Source: Octopus sinensis
Taxonomy: Eukaryota
Length of the DNA: 64,000 nucleotides
Assembly: GCF_006345805.1 (NCBI RefSeq)
Contig: NC_043016.1
Location: 7,936,001-8,000,000 of the forward strand
Direction: 5' to 3'
The position numbers were made by a program, and so were the translations under genes. The notes under the pieces were generated by a model. It was not told where the DNA came from. It ran no database searches and was given only the letters and a program-made list of their open reading frames with translations. Shown piece after piece: positions 24,948 to 36,718 of the stretch. Position 1 is the stretch's first letter. Each line of letters opens with the position of its first letter.

Positions 24948-25676
24948 CTAGTTTAAAGACTTATAAGTGCATGGCTGTGTGCACCTATGTGCATTCTCTC
25001 CATACTTGGAGTGGTACCAACACAGTCCAGACTTAGACTGTGTTGATCTCGAGGATGAACGACTGCGACTCCGCGATTTTGAAGATCGCTTACCATCGCG
25101 ACACATCGCGTCCATCCTTTTAGTGAGGGTTTCTATTAGTTTAGAAAGCCCCTCAATTGAGGCCGAAGAAGTTTGTGAACAGGCACAAGCAGACCGTGAC
25201 GATGGTTGAACGGCAAATTCAACCATCTTATCAGCCATCGTTGCTATTTGGTCCACTGTATTTGTCTCTAAGCCGGTTGCCAAAACGGTCTGTATATAGG
25301 CGGGCAACCTCGAAAAAAAAATCTTCCGAAGGAGAGGGGCGTCTGATGCATTACCACTTAACTCCCTCAGTCTTCGTAAAAATTCTGACGGAGTCCTGTC
25401 TCCGAGTTCCTCATCTGCCATTAATTCGTTGAAACGACTTTCTTCGCTTCGTGTATTTCTTTTCTCTACCTCTAATTTAACAGGCGCATAAGTAGCGCCT
25501 GGACTAGGGTCTGTGATAAGGTCTCTTGCTGTAGATGCCAGTTGAGGCGGCATGCAACCATAAAGGATTTGCAACTGCTGCTCGGGAGTAATACTTTGTG
25601 CACGAAATTGTGCCTCTAACTGTGAAAACCACAGTGTGGCATCACCTGTAAAAGTAGGTAACGAACCCATAAACAT
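24948..25676 (-). CDS. gag: Gypsy Gag with C-X2-H-X9-C-X3-C knuckle
   Basis: LWFSQLEAQF, LGDRTPSEFLRRL, FFSRLP, CWYHSKYGENAHRCTQPC. Confidence 0.92.
   Translation of the reverse strand: MFMGSLPTFTGDATLWFSQLEAQFRAQSITPEQQLQILYGCMPPQLASTARDLITDPSPGATYAPVKLEVEKRNTRSEESRFNELMADEELGDRTPSEFLRRLRELSGNASDAPLLRKIFFSRLPAYIQTVLATGLETNTVDQIATMADKMVEFAVQPSSRSACACSQTSSASIEGLSKLIETLTKRMDAMCRDGKRSSKSRSRSRSSSRSTQSKSGLCWYHSKYGENAHRCTQPCTYKSLN
24951..24957 (-). promoter_or_regulatory. -1 ribosomal frameshift slippery heptamer U_UUA_AAC
   Basis: TCT TTA AAC TAG at the gag end; the -1 frame is the pol frame (…[20 protein letters not shown]). Confidence 0.8.
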
Positions 25677-26110
25677 TTTGTAGCCTTTTATTCACTAGAT
25701 GACTCTGTCAAATGGAAAAAAGAAAACTGACAACGAACCAACGCTTAACAGACGCAACAAGGAAAAACAAAGGGAAAAGAAAAGGAAGAAAGAAAGAAAG
25801 AAAGACCAACAATTGAACCAATAAATTTTGAATGTGCAATTTACAAAAAAAAATGTTTTTTTTTCTTTTGTTTTTTTTTTGTTTGTACTGTGTGCTCAGA
25901 GAATAGAAAAAATTCATTTCTTTTTTTTGTTTTACCAACCTTCGTCGCGTTTTAATCGAGAAAAAAAAATTTCTTCTCTTTTTTTTCTTCCGTGCGTGAG
26001 TGCAGATGAAGAAACAAACTGTTGAAAGTGACTGGAAAACAGGTTGGTCGTGTTTCAGACTTGGCAGAAAAACTGGATTTTTTTCTTTTTGTTGAGTGTT
26101 CTCTGGAACT

Positions 26111-26122
26111 TCGGGGTCACCA
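26111..26122 (-). promoter_or_regulatory. Primer binding site complementary to the tRNA-Trp 3' end
   Basis: TGGTGACCCCGA one base after the 5' LTR. Confidence 0.85.
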
Positions 26123-26123
26123 C

Positions 26124-26685
26124 TGTAAGGAAATGTGAATATCTTCTCTGGACCTTTTGGGGGTGCGAGAAGCAATCACTTTCCGTTGCTTTTATATCCA
26201 GATTCTACCAGTCGAAGAAACACAAAACGCAGACGTAAAAAATAGATATACTTTATTGTTTTATACCGGTGAGAAATCAGTGGTATATCTGATATCCTTG
26301 GTTCTGGGCGCGCAAGGCTGAAAGTTAATCGCTTGTAAGATTTACAATGTTCAGCCGCTAAAAACAGAACGGGTTAAAGATGGCCGCGGAATAATGAAGA
26401 CGATGTTGTCTGCAACAATTCGGTAAAAAACCTTCGGCCGACTGCTATCAAAGCTGGACAGAGAGAAATATACGTCTGCTGGTATCAAAGGCCTTTTGCT
26501 GTCTCTGCTGTCTCTGCTGGACGCTGATGGTCAAGGTTTTTGCGTTCCCTTGCCTCTTTTCTAAGGGTCGCTTTTCCTAGCCAATCAGCTAATTCCACGA
26601 TAGCAATATTTCCTCTTGGTGATGAAAACACGCGCGAATCAGAAAAGGGCGTTGCGCGCGCGCGCTGTTGTATAGCGTCACTACA
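26124..26685 (-). repeat. 5' LTR
   Basis: Direct repeat of 20994-21555. Confidence 0.95.
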
Positions 26686-26860
26686 GGTGTTTATTTTTAC
26701 TTGCGGCTGTTATATTTCATCTGTGTATTTATTGTAGCATTGTACAGTGGTCTGCTTCCATCATTAATCGTCAGCTTTTGTGTGAAATTCTGCAGGATGT
26801 AGATGGATTATCCTCTAATGCTTTATTGTCTTGCTTTCTAACGTGGAATGTATTGCAATG

Positions 26861-27058
26861 AATCCAGAGAAAGCCGTGATTTTTAACAGATGTACCCAGG
26901 TGAAGTTTTATAACAGAGCTGGTAAAAAAAAAATCTAGAAATGGCAGTGATTGTTAAGATGAGTACCCAGAAGAAGACCTATTTTGCGTTAGATAGACTA
27001 TCTGGAGGTAGCAGTGATTGTTAACAGATGCACCCAGTTAAAGATCTTTCATAGAGTA
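26861..27058. repeat. Degenerate ~69-bp tandem repeat, 3 units
   Basis: Recurrent ATC..GA...GC(A/C)GTGATT(G/T)TTAA.AGATG.ACCCAG. Confidence 0.6.
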
Positions 27059-27160
27059 AAACTTTTACCAAACTTTTGAATCTTTTCGGCCCTAACATTC
27101 TGAAAGAACTTTCATTGAATTTTAACTATACGTTCAATAAATAGATATTAAAACAATATA

Positions 27161-27715
27161 CGAAGGTGAGTCAAAAAGTAATGCCATTTTGTTTAGGACA
27201 GGTATAATTACCAACACTGGAACATGTATCATACATCAAAATGAAGCTGGTCCTCTGCGGATCACATCCCTACTTCTCAACATAGTCACCGTTTCTTTCA
27301 ATAGCAATGTTCCACCTTCGAATGAGAGCATGTATCCCTGCCCCATAAAATTCTGTTGACTGTTCTTTGAGCCACTTCATCACTACAGCTTTCACTTCCT
27401 CGACATTGGAATAATGTTTGCCTCTCAAACCCTCTTCGTGGCGCTGAAGAGATGATAATTTGAAGGCGCTAAATCTGGTGAGCATGGAGGTAGTGAAGAA
27501 GTGGCTCCATGAACAGTCAACAGAATTTTATGGGACAGGGATACATGCTCTCATTCGAAGGTGGAACATTGCTATTGAGAGAAACAGTGACTACGTTGAG
27601 AAGTAGGGACGTGATCCGCAGAGGACCAGCTTCATTTTGATGTATGATACATGTTCCTGTGTTGGTAATTATACCTGTCCTAAACAAAATGGTATTACTT
27701 TTTGACTCACCGTCG
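27161..27715. mobile_element. Mariner-derived palindromic MITE made of two inverted 3' ends
   Basis: ~225-bp inverted arms, TA on both flanks; arms encode the mariner C-terminus (…EFYGAGIHALIRRWNIAIERNGDYVEK*). Confidence 0.9.
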
Positions 27716-28210
27716 TAGTAATCTCGAATCAAATACAAAAGAGAATGTGCATATTTCTAAACTCGTTTAATTATCAATAATAACCTATTTCTTTTCTTTT
27801 CTTTTCTTTTCTTTTTGGTGGGGGTGAATTCAGTACTAACAGAGTAGAATAGTTTTTGTAAAGTCACTAAATAACCTATTTTTACCAGCGATAAAGTAGA
27901 TACAGGGACGTTCCAAATGTTGACATCATCTATTGTTATAAATCAAATTATGTACTTTAGTTACAGAATGGTTGAATAGTGAATGATATGAACGTTATAA
28001 AGAGTAATCCAAAATGTTTTGTTTTTTTTTCCTATTTTCTTTTGAGTGAAATATTTAACAAGGGGAAAACTTTTGTAGATCGTACTTTATAGCTAATGAA
28101 AATTATCAATTTATTGAGTTTATGAAGTAATATAACAAAAACCTACCTTGAAATTCATAAACTAAATTCCCAAATTACCAAATAAGTTTAATCATCCAGT
28201 AATCTCATCT

Positions 28211-28252
<42 letters not shown>

Positions 28253-28524
28253 CTCATGTGCTATCTTTCTGTAAACCAACGTAATGGTATATAAACGGAG
28301 ATAGATAGTTATAGATTATAAGTAGAAGATAAAAATTCATTAATTTACAGTTTATAAAAAATAAATGAAACAATAAATTCACCAAGCTGGAATGTACTCA
28401 ATAAGAAAACAGTAAAAAAAAACTAAGAATGGGGAAAATAAAATCAGGTAGAGTTGTAAAGTTTGCATGAAGCACTGTCTGATATAGATAGATTATATTT
28501 TCTTTCTTTCTAAAGGCAAAACTG

Positions 28525-28665
28525 ACATAGGTCAGACGGATGGATCGTTACGCAACAGAATGACAGCCCATCGCCAACAGATCTGCGACAAAAGCGCAAG
28601 GAAAATTCCTTTGAGCAATCACATTGCAACCGGTGCAGGAATGGTCTTACCAAAAGTTGATGATT
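28525..28665 (+). mobile_element. Penelope-like GIY-YIG endonuclease fragment
   Basis: IGQTDGSLRNRMTAHRQQI; near-duplicate of 32945-33075. Confidence 0.75.
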
Positions 28666-28681
28666 TGTAATTTTACCTTGT

Positions 28682-28721
28682 ATTTCAATATTTCGGGTTT
28701 AGGACCCTTTCTTCAGGAAAT
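28682..28721 (-). ncRNA. Minimal type I hammerhead ribozyme motif (Penelope pLTR type)
   Basis: ATTTC-CTGAAGA-AA-GGGT-CCTAA-ACCC-GAAA-TA-TT-GAAAT, with helix I of 5 bp and helix II of 4 bp. Confidence 0.65.
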
Positions 28722-29269
28722 CTTCAAAGAAATGGTCTTGTGAGTTAGATTATTTTGCTGATTCACAGAAAACATAAAGATCTAAAAAAAGATATCTTTT
28801 AATCAAAGGAGTTTCCATTCTTGATAAGCTGAACGGGTCTGATGATTTCTAACAATATCTTGAATGTTTGGGATTAAAATTTTTGAGTTTGAGTCTTCGA
28901 ATACAAAAGTGGCGCGACCCCCACCTCACCCTCCCATCCACACAAACAGACCACTTTCTGTAGTAAATTCAAAGCAACAAAATTTCACAAATAAAGATTA
29001 GCGTAATTAACCCATTACTTTAGGCGTGGGGGGTGCACACCATAATTGCCTCACTTTTCTTCAAGACCTCCTAACCGGATCGTTTCATCGTCCCACGAAG
29101 GGTGGGGGCAGTACTTCCAAATTTAGGAACCAGTGGTTTACTACGTTCATTGATGTTACATGTATTTTTGTCGTTTACTTAACACATCATTTATATGACT
29201 AAGTTCAGTACCGATCATACTGTGATTTGTAAATGCAGGTAAAACTATATCAATCTCAGAACTAAGATT

Positions 29270-29620
29270 TGGATGTTTGATTGTGAAGTGACCTGATCTG
29301 TCTCCCGAGAAACAATCTATTTCCTATCATTGATCGACAATGCGAAAAAGGTTCGGCGATTAATTCGGATGACTGGCCTGCATATGATAATCTTAATGTC
29401 ATGAGTTATCGCCATCATACGGTACACCATCAAGAACATTACGTAAATTCAGAGACAGGAGCAGGTTATTGAAAAATCATGACTGGATACCAAAAACAGG
29501 GATTTTAAAGAAAATTAGGAGATTTTCCTATCATAATTTAATCATATTTGCTGGGAAGTATTGAGAAAAGAGACAGCAGATTTGTTTTTGGCGTTTTTAA
29601 ATGATATACAAAGAGCATAG
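29270..29620 (+). pseudogene. Merlin/IS1595(ISXO2)-like transposase relic
   Basis: 29317-29463 translates LFPIIDRQCEKGSAINSDDWPAYDNLNVMSYRHHTVHHQEHYVNSETGA, matching the SDxWxAY...HxTVxH...GAHT pattern. Confidence 0.7.
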
Positions 29621-29740
29621 TTAAAGGCTTTAAATGTAAATTGTCTGTCTCACGTAACACCAATGATTTCCATCATAAAGATGGCCATTAATATACTATG
29701 AGAATTATGATTTTGGATGAATGATTAAGTGTTCCATTCT

Positions 29741-30150
29741 GGATCTTTTCGGTTTGAACGGCAGCTTTTTCTAGCGGTGTCATATGAAAGTGTCACCCAT
29801 AATTATGACCTTAGTATCGATCTATTGCATTTCAATCTGTTTTAGGGCTAGGGGTTGGAGAAGGGTATCTTTTTTTCTTCACAAATGTAAATAAACCCAA
29901 TCTGTTTCTTAAACGAGGGACATATTCATATGGCACAGAATGTTTTCACCTCATTAGACGTCATTGATCGGTTGAAATTGCAGAAATTGAAGAAAAACAA
30001 CAACAAATATGTTACAAACTATAAAATTTTCTCAATAAAGCCAAGAGAAAAAGATGTTTTATAAACACATTCTACCAGTATACGAAGTTTAAAAGGGTTT
30101 AGTTTCGTGGAAATTATTTTTTAAAACTGTCGGTCAAACCGAAAAGATCC
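29741..30150. mobile_element. MITE M1
   Basis: GGATCTTTTCGGTTTG/CAAACCGAAAAGATCC TIRs, TSD TCCATTCT. Confidence 0.9.
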
Positions 30151-30336
30151 TCCATTCTTTCTTTTTGTGCTAGTGTGTTCAAGTAATGATGGAAAAGAAA
30201 AGATAAGAGAATCAGACAACACCTCCATCGAGCTGTCAACCTCCTCCCTCAACTCACTATTGCTTGCCTTCATCTTTATCTACTCTATCTTTAACTTTTC
30301 CTGCATTATGATTTGAAATGTTAGATATTCATCTTT

Positions 30337-30440
30337 CCCCTCTGAAGATGGAGACTTGATCTACCTATTGTCTATATGCTTTCACTACTTGTTGCATAAT
30401 TTTGTGAACATCTGCCAACACCACGAAACAGCAGTCGGAC
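30337..30440 (+). ncRNA. Degenerate hammerhead ribozyme motif with long helix II
   Basis: CTGAAGA-TGG...CCA-C-GAAAC-AGCA-GTC-GGA. Confidence 0.45.
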
Positions 30441-31289
30441 AAGTAATATCATACCTTGTCCCTTTAATTTTCTGTGTCTTTTTACTCTGTGTAAATGTGC
30501 TCCATTAATATATAAATATCTATATATATATAGACATGAATATTCATCGTCTGAAATTTACAGTCTTTGCTTTCTCTGTATTTATACGTATACATGTGTA
30601 GTGAAATATATAGATAGTACAGGGCGTTGATGTGGCTGCGTGTATGTTATTACAAGGGTTCATTTATTACAAGATGAGAGAATAAATACAAGATCTATAT
30701 ATTTACTACATAAAAAGATATCTAATTCTTCTTTCGATGATGATAGATAAAATTAAATTTTAGAAACTAGTTAAATGGAGTAATCTATGCAAGAAAGTTA
30801 AGAGATAGGAAATGTAAAACAACAGCGATGTTGTGGTGTTCAGTCATATCGGCTACAGAGCGTAGAGAAATAGACGGACATAACAACGACGTGAATGGCT
30901 CTAAGTCTAATCGATTAAGAAGCGAAAAGTTGGGTTAGCAAGCTGTTTTTTATCACTGGTACACTAGACATTCTAGAAACTTCCAAGAGAAACTCTAAGC
31001 TTCTTGAATAATTCAGAGTTCACGTTTCGTGGCAACGATGCTTTTAGAGAAGGGAGGTTACTCTATGATCTTTCTTGCAAGGGAGATCAGTCAACTATCT
31101 ATCTACCTACTCAGTTACACATGTATATTTTGCATATCTAACCCAAGCACTTCAATTTGTTTATTTGAATCATTCCCTCTCTCTCTTTTTTCTCTCTCTC
31201 TCTTTCTTTCTCTCTCTTTCTTTCTCTCTCTCTCTTTCTCTCTTTCTTTCTTTTTCTCTCCCTTCTCTCTCTCTCTCTGTATACTCTTT

Positions 31290-31691
31290 TTTTACTCTTT
31301 TACTCTTTTACTTGTTTCAGTCATTTGACTGCGGCCATGCTGGGGCACCGCCTTTAGTCGAGCAAATCGACCCCGGGACTTATTCTTATTGTAAGCCCAG
31401 TACTTATTCTATCGGTCTCTTTTGCCGAAACGCTAAGTGACGGGACGTAAACACACCAGCATCAGTTGTCAAGCAATGCTAGGGGGACAAACACAGACAC
31501 ACAAATATATACACATACACTTATATATATATATACATATATACGACAGGCTTCTTTCAGTTTCCGTCTACCAAATCCACTCACAAGGCATTGGTCGGCC
31601 CGGGGCTATAGCAGAAGACACTTGCCCAAGATGCCACGCAGTGGGACTGAACCCGCAACCATGTGGTTGGTTAGCAAGCTACTCCTGCGCC
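31290..31691 (-). mobile_element. SINE family A
   Basis: Near full-length reverse complement. Confidence 0.9.
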
Positions 31692-32055
31692 TATATATAT
31701 AATATTAGGAATTCGAAGAATCAGTTAGACCTCACCATGATCTTTCCGCCTGGTGAGCGGTTATCAAGAAAAAAGTGGTTGAGGCTAGGGTTTAACCTCC
31801 CGGTTCTTCTAAAAATTCAGGAATCACAATGGTGGAGAGTATACATTAATTAACCAAATAACATCAGAATTCACTTGTGATTCATTTCCATGAGTAAGCC
31901 ATTCATTATATTGCAGCACAATTATATTTATATGCATATGTGATATACACATATATATCTATATGTATATTTGTATGTGTGTTGGACGATTTAAAGTCGG
32001 TGATGTAACATAGATTACGAAACAGCTGTCAACGAGTGGAATAAACATTTCTTCT

Positions 32056-32093
<38 letters not shown>

Positions 32094-32329
32094 CTATATA
32101 TATATAGGTTGAAAAAAGATTAGAGAGCTATACAATCAAAATTTTATATATGAAAGATGTAGGTGGAAATAGCACAGAAGTAAGTCTAAGACATTTCAAT
32201 TCAAAAAAGAATTTAATAAAAATGATTTTAAACATTATATATAGAAACTATTACTGGTTTCGGTAATGCATCTTCTTAACAAATATCAGTAAAAATTTAT
32301 TTCGGTGTTCCTGTTCAAAAACCAAGATG

Positions 32330-33200
32330 GGAAAATCGAAACGACTCCAAACAGTACCTTCTTTTCACATAATGTCATCCAAAACACACCAAACTCAACA
32401 TTCCCTTCAGCCTGGTAAAACGAATTTGTACCATAGTATCAGAACCACCCAAGCGTGAACAAAGGCTAGAGGAACTGAAGGACACACTTATTCAAAGAGA
32501 CTTCCTTCCAGGCACAATCACCAACGTAATAAATAAGGCGAGACAAATAGATATCAAGGAATTTAGGGGGAAAAAAAGACAACAGAAGGAAAATGTCTTA
32601 CCATTCGTGTCAACATTCAATGTCAGAAACACCGAAATATTTTATCACATCCACAAAATCCTCCCCATTTTATTTGCAGACGAAAAAAGTGAGAAAAATC
32701 TTAGATAAACGACAAATCATCAAAAGCAAAAAGTAGCCCAAAACACTAAAATTCATTCTCACTGGAGCAAAAACGCACAAAGAAACCCCCAAGCCAACTG
32801 TCATAAAATGCAGAAGAACAAATTACGGCACTTGCTGTTACCTAATTGAGGGACCAGAATTTAAATTCAAAGTTAAATCCAATCTCACCTGCAACACGGA
32901 AAACCTGATCTACGTAATCACATGCAATGGTTGCCAACATAATTACATAGGTCAGACGGATGGATCGTTATGCAACAGAATGACAACTCATCGCCAACAG
33001 ATCTGAGACAAAAGCACGAGGAAAATTCCTTTAAGCAGTCACATTGCAACCTGTGCAGGAATGGCCTTACCCAATTTCAAAATCTTTCCCCTCTACGTGC
33101 TCAGATTCTTTCAACAACAAAGTCTAAATAAAGGGAATTTATTAATAAGTATAAATATAGACCCAATTTATTAATAAGTATAAATATAGACCCAATCATC
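32330..33200 (+). mobile_element. Penelope-like element, degraded RT thumb + GIY-YIG endonuclease
   Basis: CHPKHTKLNIPFSLVKRICTIVS...RLEELKDTLIQR; SNLTCNTENLIYVITCNGCQHNYIGQT...RMTTH. Confidence 0.85.
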
Positions 33201-34015
33201 ACCCACCAATAAATAAGAACGGGCACTAAAAACAATTTTATACATATTATCGGTTTGAAAAATACTTCCCATCATTTCCTAAATCTGTTTTTTCTAATAT
33301 ATGTATGTATCTTTTAAGATCTTCAAATTGTTAATTTTTAATATTGTATAAGCATTAGGAGTAATAATATTCTCCTTATGTAAATATTGTTGTTTATGTA
33401 ATGATCTAATTATCGTAATTTTCTATGTTATTAGATATAAAATAAATTAGATAAACTTTGATAATATTAGATATGTTTCGACTAAAGATGGTCTAGGCCA
33501 TGTCTAATTTAATAGTATAATTTATATTAGATAATTATTCCCATTCATAATTATGTTTATAGTACTTATAGTATTTATTTAATACTATATTACTAAGAAT
33601 TGAATATTTCTATAAGTATTTTACATAAGATTTCAAAAGTCAGTTTAAGTTAGGTTATTTGTATTTTGAAATTAGCTATTTCATCTTTAAATATGAAAAA
33701 TTAAATATATTAGGTTTTCATTATATACAATTGTTTATAGAGATTATTTTAGATCTTGATTATAATATTTATATATATTTTCATTGATAATTTATATATA
33801 TTAGTCATTTTAAATATCTATGTAATTAGATATAGACTAATATTGATATTAGAATATGGGTTTTCTACCTTATAAATTAAAGTTAATATTCAACATTATA
33901 ATCGATTTCGATATAATCATATTTAATAATAGAGTTTATTATAAGTAAATTATTATTTTAGATTATATATATTATTTATATCTTAAAAATATTGATTATA
34001 TTTTAGATTTTGAAA

Positions 34016-34076
34016 CACCTGATGAATGACTGCGACCTAAAAATTTGATGACAGCAGCCAGGAAACGATCGTAGTG
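34016..34076 (+). ncRNA. Minimal type I hammerhead ribozyme in a Penelope pLTR
   Basis: CAC-CTGATGA-ATGACTGC...GCAGCCAG-GAAAC-GATC-GTA-GTG; palindromic helix III ACGATCGT. Confidence 0.7.
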
Positions 34077-34199
34077 GATATTAATTATATTCTTTTAATA
34101 ATTGTTACATATTTAAATAATATAAATTAATTTATGTATTGGCTTAAGTCTTTCATTGTTTGATTTGCCTAATAGTGGTTTTGTCTCTAATTTATTATA

Positions 34200-34275
<76 letters not shown>

Positions 34276-34283
34276 CATATATA

Positions 34284-35078
34284 TCTCTATATATAAACGG
34301 CAGTTTGTCTGTCTGTGTGTCTGTGTGTCTGTCAGGTTGTACCCTCACCCTGACCACGGCTTTCAACCGATTCTGATGAAACTTGACACACACATAGCCC
34401 AATGTCATAATTCAAAACTAACGCAGCGAAAAATTTTGAAAAGTTCCCCCAGTTCTGAAAAAAAAATCGATAAATTCGACATGGGTCGAGAATCTAAGCT
34501 TTTTATATGCAACACCTTTTCTACAGACCGTCTAGGGGACGCAACTCGACCTTTTTAACTCTCAGAACACGTGGGATAAGTATCAATGTATAAAAATGTA
34601 CAAAAACGGCAAAAAAGCGGACAGCAATGTGAGTGACAACAACGAAAAAGTCAAAAGTGACCAAACTGAACAAACGAATGAAAAAGGGTTTTTTGGTGCA
34701 CACACAAAGCGGTTTATATAAACCAAGAGTTTGCAAGTAGCGTCCGAGGACCCATAGGGTACGTCAAAAATTTAAGGTAAAACGTTTCGGATGGTAGTTA
34801 TAAGAAAGTGTAAACAAAAAAAGTATTCGAATAACTTGAGGCTGCAGCAGCTATTAGCAGAAGTGGCGGTGTTGGGGGTAAAGTCTCGAATGTAATTTCT
34901 TCCTGTAAGGAATTGTGGGTTGAATTATCGATAGCTGTTTGATAGTTATTTGGGAGTGAAGAGAAGACATTGCAACCTACACATGCGCCTTCGTTCCCTA
35001 GAGGGAAAGGACTATTGGGATAGTCGTTGCCTACTAGGGGCTCTTACATACCCGGGCAACGCCGGGCTATGCTGCTAG
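34284..35078 (+). mobile_element. Non-autonomous Helitron
   Basis: A|TCTCTATATATAAACGG...CCCGGGCAACGCCGGGCTATGCTGCTAG|T. Confidence 0.85.
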
Positions 35079-35134
35079 TATATATATATATATATATATA
35101 TATCATATATATATATTATATATATATAGTCTGA

Positions 35135-35805
35135 ACACACACACACATATACACGCACACACACTTACACACAAAAAACATCACAACAAACAACACACAC
35201 ATACATACACACACGCGCGCGCGTCAACATACACAGACAAACCATACATGCACATACGCACAAAAGAAAACATCACAAGAACACCATACCTCTGCACACA
35301 CCATACACACACACACACACAAACCTCATATCTCTGCACACACACACACATGCACACAAAAGAAAACATCGCAAAAAACATACACACACGTGTGCAAACC
35401 CCCCCCCCCCACCACCACACACACACAAAAGAAAACATCGGAAAAAACACTCACTCACACGCAGAAACACACCCACACATGCACTAACACACATACACAC
35501 ACATGAACACACATACATACACACAAGTGGAGACACTCAACAGAATACATCTAACCCTAAGGAAAATCCTAATTCTTTCTTCAACAAGACTTTTGATCAT
35601 AACACACACACCCATCGACACAGCTGGTCACATTCCAACCATATCGAAAGGCCATTCAACACAATACACACACACACACATACACACACCAAACACACAC
35701 ACAACACACACACACATACACACAACACAACACACAACACACACACAACCACACACACACACAACACACCACACACACACACACACACACACCACACACA
35801 CACAT
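35135..35805. repeat. (CA)-rich microsatellite/minisatellite with recurring CACAAAAGAAAACATC units
   Basis: Directly visible. Confidence 0.75.
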
Positions 35806-35904
35806 GGACATAAAACCCATTCAATGAATACTTTTTAGCCACTCTCTTGGCAGAAACACACAGATTTCTTTTAGACAATGGATAGCTACACCCTTCTCTT
35901 ACTC

Positions 35905-36287
35905 TGTGGAGGCGCAATAGCCCAGTGGTTAGGGCAGCGGACTCGCGGTCATAGGATCGCGGTTTCGATTCCCAGACCGGGCGTTGTGAGTGTTTATTGA
36001 GCGAAAACACCTAAAGCTACACGAGGCTCCGGCAGGGGGTGGTGATCCCTGCTGTACTCTTTCACCATAACTTTCTCTCACTCTTACTTCCTGTTTCTGT
36101 TGTACCTGTATTTCAAGGGGCCGGCCTTGTCACTCTCTGTGTCACGCTGAATGTCCCCGAGAACTACGTTAGGGGTGCACGTGTCTGTGGAGTGCTCAGC
36201 CACTTGCACGTTAATTTCACGAGCAGGCTGTTCCGTTGATTCGGATCAACCGGAACCCTCGTCGTCGTAACCGACGGAGTGCTTCCT
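35905..36287 (+). mobile_element. tRNA-derived SINE, family C
   Basis: Head GGCGCAATAGCCCAGTGGTTAGGGCAGCGG...GGTTTCGATTCCC; second copy at 58820-59180. Confidence 0.88.
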
Positions 36288-36428
36288 AGGAACATTATGA
36301 ACTCTATACCAAACTATATTTAAAGAAGACTTCAACAAAAAATTCGAGACATGTTTTTGACCCCCAGACAGAAGGTAGACTGTTTTTACTTCAAATTAAA
36401 AAAAAATTTTTTCACTGATATTTGATAA

Positions 36429-36660
36429 CTCTTTACTCTTACTCTTACTCTTTTACTTGTTTCAGTCATTTGACTGCGACCATGCTGGGGCACCGCCTTT
36501 AGTCGAGCAAATCGACCCCGGGACTTATTCTTTGTAAGCCCAGTACTATTCTATCGGTCTCCTTTGCCGAACCGCTAAGTTACGGGGACGTAAACACACC
36601 AGCATCGGTTGTCAAGCAATGCTAGGGGGACAAACACAGACACACAAACACACAATACAT

Positions 36661-36718
<58 letters not shown>

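Larger units (their letters stand above)
20994..26685 (-). mobile_element. Full-length Ty3/gypsy LTR retrotransposon, CsRn1-like lineage
   Basis: Two 562-bp LTRs TGTA...TACA, 4-bp TSD GGTG, PBS, PPT, order gag-PR-RT-RH-IN, CHCC Gag knuckle. Confidence 0.97.

Noticed and set aside
31437-31853. Recurrent ORFs containing DRLLSVSVYQIHSQG...CPRCHAVG
   Set aside because: Antisense translations of SINE family A
35905-35985. tRNA-like sequence as a real tRNA gene (also SINE A, B and D heads)
   Set aside because: No complete acceptor stem and followed by a SINE body; a second copy has a TSD
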